This document shows, piece after piece, positions 51,959 to 61,854 of a stretch of DNA of 64,000 nt. Numbering within the stretch: position 1 is the stretch's first letter; each line of letters opens with the position of its first letter. Below the pieces are notes generated by a model, which was given only the letters and a program-made list of their open reading frames with translations, had not been told where the DNA came from and searched no databases. This DNA is from Marsupella aquatica (lineage: Eukaryota > Plantae > Marchantiophyta): contig OZ316891.1 in NCBI GenBank assembly GCA_973895155.1, positions 19,741,048-19,805,047 of the forward strand. Reading direction: 5' to 3'. A program made the translations under genes and the position numbers.

Positions 51959-54900
51959 TAAAAATATACACACTTTTTATATACAAAGGGACCAAACAGA
52001 GTACAAATGAACAAACAAAAGAGGGCCCAAGTGGACAAAACCAATCGAAAAAGAAGTGAGCAAAAGGGAACCACTAAATACCAAGAAAGAGGAACGAAAA
52101 GTAAGAAATGAACAATAGGGAACCCCTAAAAACCAAGAAAGAGAGAGAGACTAAAACTAACCCAAGCGGACCGAGGTCCTCATCATTCCTACCGATTGTG
52201 GCAAAAAGCTAATGGTCCACATCAAGAGTCAAAACTAGATCGGCAAGTGGGATTGGAACATCCTCAAGGGGAGCTAGTCGCTGCGGAGGCACACTAGCAC
52301 CCACTGTAAGAGATCGACGATAGATGGCCCGAGCTTGAGCACGCTGTAAGGTGACTGAAATGCGTTGGCGAAAGTGCGTGGTCAAAATAGAAAGCGGGGG
52401 TCCGGTGGGACCCATTCGGCCATGAACATCACGGGCAGCTTGCCGAAGAAGCCCATCAAACTGAGGATGAAGACGCCCAAATAGCTCCACAGCAAGGGGG
52501 AGGAAGCTGTCGGATGAAGCTCGTGCAGCATATTTGGCCTCCTTCGTTGTTGCCGCACGTGACGCTGCTGCCCCTGCCGTAGTTGCCGCTGTCCCAATGA
52601 TGTCTTGGCGCAATGGGTTTGCCACCACAACATCTGCCAAAGTACGTTGACCCTCACGGACCATGGTAAGATCCACCCGTAACCGCTGTGATGGAGGACC
52701 AGGTAACTCGAGTACCACCTCCCGCCGCACGCATACCAAAGAGCCAGAGAGAACCTGAGCAGTCGCATCTCGCACAGCGTCGTGAACAATAATGGTTTCA
52801 CCTCCCAAACTGCACCAAAGAAGATGGACACCTGTGGCATCACAAGGCTTCCCACAAGTGCAAGAAGGAGGTAAACCTGCAAGAAGTGGGTGGGGCAGCC
52901 CCAGACGAAGACGCATGGCTGTGGAGAACTCCGTTGAAGACATCCGCAAATGAGGAATGACTGGATTGGCCTGAAGCCATCCACCTGCGCCCTTCCCTCC
53001 GGAAGAAAGAATTCGAGCTCGGTCCGTGTCAGGTGCCTCGGAGAGGATGCTGGAAAGGGTGAAAGTGTGCATACGCCCAGCGAGGTCTGCCTGAAGACGA
53101 ACGGGATCCAAGGATAAAAACTCCTGGAAAGAAGGTAACGCGGCGCGAACGGGATCTGGTAATGAGGACCGCGCTGCGCGCAAATGAACCTGAAACGGGA
53201 GGGAACCCTCCTCTACCTCCATGAGAGATGAAAGTAAAAAAGGGCGATCCTCAATAAGAAAACGATCGGCCAACAACGAGAAGGCGGCCGCCCATGCACC
53301 CAAAAAGGCCAAAGGTGCAAGGCTCTCAATGGAAGTAAGCCCAAAACCACCCTGCGAAATAGGAAGACTGAGTTGTCGATGAAGCCACGGAGATGAGAGC
53401 AACGTACCCGGACCTAAAAGAGAGGCCAGGGTCTGACGAATGGAGACATCAAATGCTCGAAGGTGGAGACAAAGATCCTCGGTAGGGGGATGCGTCCTAG
53501 CCAGATAAGACGCACGAGGGTGGATGCACCTCAACAACATCCCAAATGCTGCCTGAGAATCTGCTAACTTAGGGAGCATAGGAGTATGGGCTAAGGCAGC
53601 CTGTATAGAGTCAGCGATGAAAGATGAGCAAAAGGAGGCGGTACCGACTGGGGAGCCAAGGACCCGAAGACCATCGGCTGGACGTAAGAACCCGGGGGGA
53701 AGCACAAGATCAGAGGGTAACCCAGCTGGACTCCATGCACGACTCTTCATAGGCTGAACTCGTAAACCGAGGCCCATCAAATGGGTGGAAAGAGTGGCGA
53801 GGGCAGAAGTAACCGCGGCAGGAGGACCAATGATGTGGGTGTCATCTGAAAGGGAGGGGAAGATACACTGGGGGTGGGCCATGGCAGCTTCCCGTAAAGC
53901 TGTAAAATGGGCAATGGCAAAAAGAGGCCCACCCAAAGGGTCACCCTGACGTGTACCTTCTACAGAGGAAAGAGTGGTATACACACCTGTAGAGGAGTGA
54001 TGACTATAGAAGAGTGGGGCCTCGAGTCCATAAAAACAACGGACAAAGGGGATCAGGGACTGGATGTCTGGATCCGCCGCCCTCAAAGCACGAAAAATGG
54101 CTGCCCGAGAAACCGTATTAAAAGCGTTAGAGACATCAACCTGGAGGACAACCCAATCAGGGTGGAGGGCCAATGTAGCTCGAATACCCGCAATAACCGT
54201 CTCACAACCGCCAGGAACGCCAACTGCAAACTGATGTGGAGAGAGATGATCCGATAGTGCAGAGCGAAACTGTGAGGAAAGTGTGTGAGACACAAGACGA
54301 AGAAAAACCTCCCCAATAGCAATTGGCCGAACACCCGGCGAAGACTTAGCCATGGCCAATAAATGAGAAGCACTCAAGAGCCGAGAGACGGGAGGAGGCA
54401 AACGACCGGCTGCAATACACTGGCAAAAGGAGAAGAAAACTGGAAAACCAAACTGAGGATCCTCAGGGGGGAATAAATCACGAAAATGCTCAAAGACATA
54501 GCCGGAGGGGCCACCAGCAGAACAACGCGGGGCATGGAGGAAGGCATAGGTGAAGTGGTCCCTACTAAACTGAAGATCCTCCTCAGGCTCAAAATCCTCG
54601 ACAAACAAAGGGAGCTGATCATGGGGCTGCGGATGGAGATCCTGAAGGGCCAACGAGGTGACCTCGCCAGGGGGGGCTGGTGTGGTGGGAGAAAGGGCCT
54701 GGACAGCCCAACGACATTCACCAGCCTGGGCTAAACGACAAGAGCGACGAAGACGTCTATGCTCAGGGGGATGAGAGTGGCGAGCTGGGTCAGACAAAGC
54801 ACGGGCGGTAAAAGACCGGGCGCGAAGAAAGTACTCTTCCTGAAGCTGCTCCCAATCTCCCCGTAAAAAACGATGGATACGAGAGGCAGTCTCACGGTGA

Positions 54901-56089
54901 CCCACACGACCACCATGACTAGGGAGGGTAAGAGTCCACTGTGGAAAAAGCATCAGTAAAGACCAATAGGAGACCTCCATAGGATGCGCCAAGATAAGCT
55001 GCATGAGTTGCAACAAGGAGGACCGAACTATAGGGCGCAGCGCCAGAGGAATGTGGTTATAAAGGCGAGGTCTAATGTACCCTGGATGGTAGGCTGGAAG
55101 GGGGTCTAGAGTGCGAACCCAACTCCATGCCTGCTCGGGAGCCTCCAAGGAGGGAGGGGCAGAGCTAACCGGGTCAATAGGGGGCTGAGGCTGGGATTGT
55201 GCTTGCTGGCGACGATGGCACCGGCCCCGCCCGCGATGATGAGGGAGGGAGATGCCAACCCATCCACAGTCAGGACAAGTATGCAGGGGACGCTCGTCCG
55301 GGGAGGGAGCAGGGAAAGACTGGACAGGAGGTGGGGGTGGAACAGATGTGGACGAGGAGGCCGGAGGAGGATGATGAATGGGTGGAGGGGGAATGGGGTG
55401 GGGAGAGGAGCCAGGGCGACGATGGGGTGGGCAGTAGACGGGGGGACTGGCAGAGCATCGGGCATGGGATCATCACGAAGATGAGAGAGATCCAGTGAAG
55501 AAGAGCAAACACGAAGACGGCCACGAGGGGGAGGGGAGGACGGGGGAGAAGTGTGGGGTGGGGCTGGGCGCTTGCCCCGCGCCAACACTCTCAACGTAGA
55601 CATGACAGGCCGCAACCCGATAAAAGCAAAAACGCATCAAGAAGCGACAAAAGGCCCAACCGAGGCATGTGAAAAGAAAGGGGAGGCGATGGAGAGAGCC
55701 CACCGCATCAGGTCGAGAAACGGCGCCACCGCTAGCCTAGGAAACCGTTGAGCAGGTGCAGGAACAGTAAGGAACAAAGCTGAAACGCCCGTCGATCTGT
55801 CCGTTGGGGAGTCGACGCGAGTGAAGATCCGCCCTCTAGATTGAGCGTGCGGCAACAGCTCCCGAAGGCAACAACCAATTGGAGGAGAAGCGATGGCCTA
55901 AAGCCGATGTGACTCGCTCATACGTTGCCCCAAATCGAGTCGTGGAAACGCCAAGATCGCCAAACGCGCAGCCAATGTGAAAAAACGGCGAAACCTAAAT
56001 CTGATGAAACTCGCTCAATTGGTGACCGTTTGGTGCGCAATTCAAATAGTTTAACTAGCAAGCCTGGGCCATATGAATCTTTGTGTGCT
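51959..56089 (-). mobile_element. Near full-length CRE-clade-like non-LTR retrotransposon with restriction-like endonuclease (copy C)
   Basis: 10-bp TSD AGAAATAGAA at 51949-51958 and 56090-56099. About 480 bp 5' UTR, a long RT-RLE ORF, and a ~250-bp pyrimidine-rich (sense) 3' UTR shared with the other copies. The reconstructed empty site resembles a nearby diverged duplicate at about 51700-51760. Confidence 0.92.
52209..55603 (-). CDS. Retrotransposon polyprotein: N-terminal Zn finger, RT, CCHC knuckle, RLE endonuclease; one frameshift in the Pro-rich N-terminus
   Basis: The RT frame is open from 55469 to 52209. Motifs: CPDC..H..C, RPIAIGE, QFAVG, DVSNAFN, GTRQGDPLG, SLSDDTHIIG, LRVLGSPVG, LPISQGGFG, CTCG..HLLWC, HDAVRD, RVDL..ADVVV, KEAKY. 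The likely ATG at 55603 (MSTLRVLARGKRP) lies in another frame. Confidence 0.88.
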
Positions 56090-58316
56090 AGAAATAGAAC
56101 TAGCACACAAAGACTACCCTCACATGTGTGGTGACAAGGTCTCCAATTTGAGAAAGGCAGATTAGTGTGGTGCAAAGTAGTTTTTGTTCCTTTCTGGACT
56201 TTTTGGGCCCCCTTTTTCTGGTTGTACTTTGTTGGCCTTTACATCTATGTTCTCGTTGTTTAGGAAGACTGGGTTGCATATGGTGCAAAGTTATTTGGGG
56301 GTTTTCCTTGTCCAAGTTACAGGCCGCTTCCCCTGGTCTTGGTTTCCCATTTGTGGAAAAAAAACTTAGTCCCCACTGCTCGAGCCAGTCACACGGGCGC
56401 TTGTCCAGGGTGAGATTTTCCAACTTCATTTTCAACAGGGGGCACGGGTAGAGAGGCTTCAATCAAACAGAGCTGCTTGCATTGAATCTTCTACACATCT
56501 TCATTTCCACCTGTTTATGTTCCCTTTCACCAAGTCTTGAGTACTCAGTAAAGGCTTGCTCCCTTAGTGTACATCCACCTTCCACTTACACTCTTAATTA
56601 CTACACTAAATGTGAACCATTAGCTTGAACTACACTAATCCAATGGTAGATCTTTATTTCCTTAAAAAAATAAATTTCTTTATCTCCTTTTACCTCCCTC
56701 TGTTTTAGGTTTTTGGGGTTTGCATTTGCCCTATTCTTTTGAGTTTGTCTAGATTTTTGTGTTCACATTTGCTCTATTCTTTTGAATTTCTCCTATCTGG
56801 ACCTCTTTTGCCTTATTCTATTGCACTTATTTTCTGGCCTTTTTCTCTCGTTACCAGGTGTTGATTTCTTGATGGAATTCGTTTCACAGCTCCCAAAAGC
56901 AGGAAAGGTAGTAGTACTCCAAATTGAACACATGCGTATTCTCCATATTACACCTCGCACTCACAATTTGACCCCGACAATGCCGAATTGGCAACGGGAC
57001 TTTCTGGCAATTGCATGGAAGGTGTGAACAAAGCTTTCACCAGATAACCTGCGCTCAAGCTTTTGGGGTGACTCATGTCCAACTATTGGCCATGTGCGCA
57101 ATAGCTTGGGAAGCCGCAAATTGAGCTTTCACAATTTATGCAAAAAAAGTGCACGCCGCCCCCCTTTCAACTTCCAACGAGTCCAACACCTCCATTTGGC
57201 CACATGCCCTTTCCCCATCCTTCTTCGAGAAGTAAATGAGGTATACAACACGTTCTCATAAGAGCTCATGTCAAACTCAATCTGCCAGTACAGTATTTTG
57301 CTTCTCATGGACTTGAGACTGGCTGTGGATGTGTGACATCATACTTGATCAGTAAGCTTACGCACACCAGCTTAGCTGATAGTACTGACTGTACCTATGC
57401 TGCCTATCGTCTTAAAGGATGAAGAATGTGCTACATCCTTTGGAGCAACGTGATGAGATGATTCTTTGCCATGATCAAGGCATGATTGAGTGAGGAGGAT
57501 CCACTTTACAATGTAACTTTGGCTTGGCTAGCTAAAGTGAGTTGTACAGTCCCTTCTGAATGTTATTAACTTAGTGTAGTGCTGGGTGACATGGCCCAAC
57601 AACACAAATCCCCTCCTTTTCATGAACTGGCAATGACGCATTGGGGCTAGAGCCAATGCACACTGAGAGGATAGTGCTTTACCATTAGCAATACTAGTTC
57701 ATATATAATCTGTATATTCTTGTGTAATTACCTTACTGTACAAGAATATTGCAATTACCCCAAAAGTATATGAGGTTGGTACTGATTTTCAAAGAAAATA
57801 GATTGAATTCATGCGCAGCATTTTCCAAGCAGTGTCATCAAGCACTAAGGTATGTCTCTTCCTGTGTTACGACTATCTCACTTAAAACCCTAACCCTGAA
57901 GTTGCCCTCAAAAGCATCAAGGCTTGTCACACCTCCTCAATATCAATCTTATAAAAAAGAAATCAAACATCTGTGAGAACCATACAGGGCAAAAGAAGTC
58001 ACACATTATTTTGTTTTGATAAACCCACATTCTTCACCCAAGGCTGCAAATGCTCTCAATCTTCACCTTGGTTTTGCATTCCTAAAGTATTTCAAAGTTA
58101 TGTTAGGGTACAGTTATATTGCACTGCACTGAGAATGAAAGACTTTGATGGCTCAAAAATTCACATAGTACCTTCGTCTAATTTTGTTTGCAATTGTTGA
58201 AAGCAAAGTTATTCTAACTTGCTTCCAGCCTTCTGTAATTGGAGAGTTTTCTCACTGCACTTTTTCCAGTATTTATTGGTACTAGCCAACACATTTGTTA
58301 AGACCTATTTCAACAT

Positions 58317-58980
58317 ATAACTTTTTACTATCCTGTCCCCCAAACTAATTAATATACCAACTTGCCCCACATTTTGTATATGAATTAGGGTTAACTCTAT
58401 AACTGGTCACTGGGACCACATGTTAAGTTGCCACTGGTTTGTGCTAACTCATGGCTCTACCCCTTTCTGCATCAAAGTGCTCCCATTGCAGGCACGGAAG
58501 GAGCCTGTTTGCGACAGTTTAGGCCCAAAAGCCCCTCCCGCATCGTTGCCCCTCAGCCAGTAGTCATTTGTGGAAGGTGGCACACTGCATGAACGTCAAA
58601 GCCAGAGCCGGAGCCCGAAGCCTGAACCTGGCGCCTCAAACTTGGAAGTTACACATTTGCTACCAATGGAAACTCCCATGGAAACATTTGCATCATTTTT
58701 GGAGGAAAAGACGAGGGAAAAAGACTAGGCAGTGTTTGCCCAAGTAAAAGTGAAGGGGGGGGGGGGGGAATGGGCCATATTTGGGAGGGGCTTTTGGGCC
58801 TAAAACTGTTGCAGGCTCCTTCCGGGCCTGCAAAGGGGAGCACTTCGACGGGGAAAGCCGCTTGTTAGCTGAACCAGTGGCAACTTGCCACATGGCACTG
58901 GTGACCAGGCATTGAGTGACCCTAACCCATATACGAAATGGGGGGCAAGTTGGTAAATTAATTAGTTTGGGAGACAGGAT
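58317..58980. mobile_element. Foldback element related to 16109-17090
   Basis: ~200-bp inverted arms (58329-58539 / 58783-58980) sharing atcctgtcccc..aa...ttgtatatg..ttag with the 16-kb element. The right terminus appears truncated. Confidence 0.72.
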
Positions 58981-59654
58981 CAGGGGCATTTTGCCTCATG
59001 TAAAGTGTTTTTCTCCAAGTATTTAGTCGATACCTACAGTAGCCACCACATTTTGCTCCGACCTATTTGAACATTCTCCCGGACATTGTGCCCTCATAAT
59101 TATAAAGTTTTTGAGGCTGTCTGTCAGTCTGGAGTTGAATATCCATTCCATTTCCCGAAACTTCCTGCACATTTTTTCAACCCACCGTTTCTGGAACGTC
59201 ACATTTTGGGGCTGGGCGCCATTTTCCCTGTTTTTTTTTTGAGCGGACCTAATTATCACACTATTGTATGGGAAATTGGGAATTGAAATCACCGAGCAAA
59301 CCTTGAGACATGTGAGCCATGTGGAGCTGCCCAAAGTGCAGTCGTAGCAGTGTGTGACTTTGAGCCCAACTCGAGTCGACTGGGTGCGAGTGACGAGGCT
59401 GAAGATGTGAAGAGTATGGACTGGGAGCTCAGCCAGCTCGAGGCATGGGGCGTGGACCAAGGCAAAGAACGAGGAGGGCAAGAGCAGCGGAGAGGAGAGC
59501 AGTGGGGACCACGGCAGCGAAGAAGGAGGGAGCGGCAGCATCCAGGCGCCGCCACCAGAAACCATTTAAAACTGCCGGAGAGCGGTCTACAGTCGTGGCG
59601 AGTCAGAACCAATCCAATCCAGTCCAGTCAGGTTTTTTTTTTCTTTTGTAGGCA

Positions 59655-59940
59655 AGAGGTAACGAGGAAGAAAGAAATCAGCGAGGATGCAGGGGAATGG
59701 TTTTTTTTAGGGAGCAAGTAACTAGGAAGAAAGAAATCAGCGAGGATGCAGGGGAATAGTTTTTTTGAGGGGAGAAGTAACTAGGAAGAAAGACAGAGCA
59801 AGGATGCAGGGGACTTAGTGCTCTTTGAGGGAAGAAGGAATGATGAAGAAGGAAAGCTAGAAGTGACGAGGAAGCGAGAGAGAGCAAGGATGTAAGGGAA
59901 TTGTTTTTTTGAGGGAAGAAGGAATGAGTAAGAAAGAAAG
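59655..59940. repeat. Purine-rich tandem repeat, ~59-bp units
   Basis: ggaagaaagaaatcagcgaggatgcaggggaat..ttttt..agg..aagtaacta repeated about 4 times with divergence. Confidence 0.85.
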
Positions 59941-60605
59941 ATGGAAGAGTTTATTAGGGTACTGTGAATTAGGGAAGAAGGTGTGTAAGGGCAAGCTAAG
60001 TGAGGGTGGTGCTGCCGAAAAGGCACGAATGTAATAAAAGTGAGCGGTAGGTCTGCCTGTCTGACCGATGCCTTGTTGTTTGTAGTTCGCTAGAAGTCTA
60101 GAACTGTGGTTCATCCTTAGTGACGAGAGTGGTTTGCTTTCTATGCTTCTGTGGCACGGGACGGAAGTGAAGTACTCGAGTATGGAGTTCCAGTCTGTAA
60201 CATGGCGTGTTTGGAGTAGAAGCAGACAGTTTTGTTTTTTTAATCTTGCTTTAAGACATGATAGGGAGGGTATAGGTCCCCGAAGGGTCAGAGAAATGTA
60301 TGATTGTTATTTTGTGGCTCCTGTGAGGCTGTCGGCCCAAGTCCACCGGGCTTGGGTCGAGCTTTTCTTTTTGGGAGCATGTGCCTTTTTGTTTGGTCTC
60401 ACGGAGGGAAAAGAGCAGTAGGCTGGGCTCTCTGGCGCAAGCTCAGCTCAGTGGCTCTCTCGACTCCTGGGGGGGCAAATCTTTAATAGCGAAAGGTAGA
60501 TTTCCTGCAAAACCAACGTATCATCGCTTTTTATCATCTACACGGCACTGGGAGGGGAGGGAGGAGGCTGAGAAGGGCCCAAAGAGGGGCGAGCTGGGAG
60601 CAGGT

Positions 60606-60613
60606 TATAAATA
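60606..60613 (+). promoter_or_regulatory. Putative TATA box of the MYB gene
   Basis: TATAAATA followed by a CT-rich (Y-patch) tract at about 60625-60700, about 1.25 kb upstream of the MYB ATG. Confidence 0.5.
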
Positions 60614-61854
60614 CGGAGCTCATGCGACCCCTCTTTCGTTCTCTTAATACTCCATCTGATCAGTCGCCCGCCTTTCTCTCTCTCCCTCTCTCTCTGGCTC
60701 GATCTAGACCTGTGCACACGCACCGAATGAGTGAGTGAGACCAGCAGCGTGTCGTCGACTCGAGTGATCCCCCTCGAGAACGGCTGATTGGACGGATTGA
60801 CAAACAAGCAGGCAAGCAAGCCAGTCAGAGATTCTCGAACGTTTGTGTGATCCCTAAGTGGTCAGCCAGGTTTATTAGTAACGAGAGAAGGAGAGGGGGT
60901 CACTAACAGTTAACGTGAGGTGAGGGGAAGTACTCTCTCACAGTGAAAGGGTGGAGTACTACTGACAGTAGAGGGCCGGTGCGGGAGTACTGGGCAAGTG
61001 TTGTTTTGGGGACGATGTACGAGAACGAAATGCCGGACTGAGCAGAGCAGCAGGTGTGGGGGGAGGGAGAGAACTTGACTTGACTGCTCTGGACTGGACT
61101 GAAAGACCAGAACACAGCAGACAGGAAAATAGACACACATTTCTGCTGGGACTAATTTAGGTAGTGTGGCGTCGGATCCCGTTAGACCTTCCAGATGCGA
61201 TTGATTTCGTGGCCTCACCTACTATAGGTTTTATCAGTTGAAAGTGTATTGTGCCGACGAAACTCGTCCGATATCGAAACACAATTAGTGTTGAGTTCCA
61301 TTGATTGGCGTTGCGTTCAATTGATTGCCTGCTATAGGACCAGAATTTCAAATACAGCAACAGTTTCGTCTGCAAAGTGGGCAAACTGGGTCTACCGTGG
61401 TACTTTCGAGCATTTGCTAGGAGATCGATCCTAGACCACTTTTTTCGATGCTCTGGTATTTGGGCAAGTAGGCCAGGGGGAAGAGAAGAAGCTGACAGCC
61501 ATTTGCTTCAACTACTTGTAAGTTGTGGCGGTGGGAGGTTCGGGAACTTAATTGGAACTGTGGGAAACTGCTACGAGCCCAAGGTGTAAGGGAAGCAGAA
61601 TTGAATAGCAACAGATAGCTGAAATAGAATCTACAGTAGTCGTGATCGGGTGGTGAATGCACTCACTTGGAAATCTTCCAATTAAGGAAGGTGTCGATTG
61701 TGGGGAGATCGAGCGTCGACATCATCTGTGCTGCTTGGTATAGCATCTGCATTCCAGATCGAGTGTGGTCATATGTTGCTGACATACTGAGATACATACT
61801 CCTGGAATATTGGGTCAAAAGAAGCTTCAAAATTGTCCCACTCATAGAGTCGAG

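Larger units (their letters stand above)
28430..59565 (-). pseudogene. Decayed multi-exon gene, tentatively FANCB-like
   Basis: Open exons with GT/AG ends at 59302-59565 (ATG first exon, 88 codons) and 37420-37584 (55 codons). Stop- or frameshift-containing exon-like blocks at about 56855-57320, 50875-51301, 46386-46697, 39046-39436, 35870-36082 and 28430-28850. The family assignment is a weak resemblance from memory only. Confidence 0.4.

Noticed and set aside
52165-52190. Hammerhead ribozyme in the 3' UTR (UGAUGA plus a stem II-like hairpin)
   Set aside because: Lacks the conserved C before UGAUGA and the GAAA after the stem; kept only as a hairpin.
55985-56015. Hammerhead-like words GAAA...CTGATGA in the element's 5' UTR
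   Set aside because: Antisense to the element, too short a spacing for stems I and III, and no NUH site.
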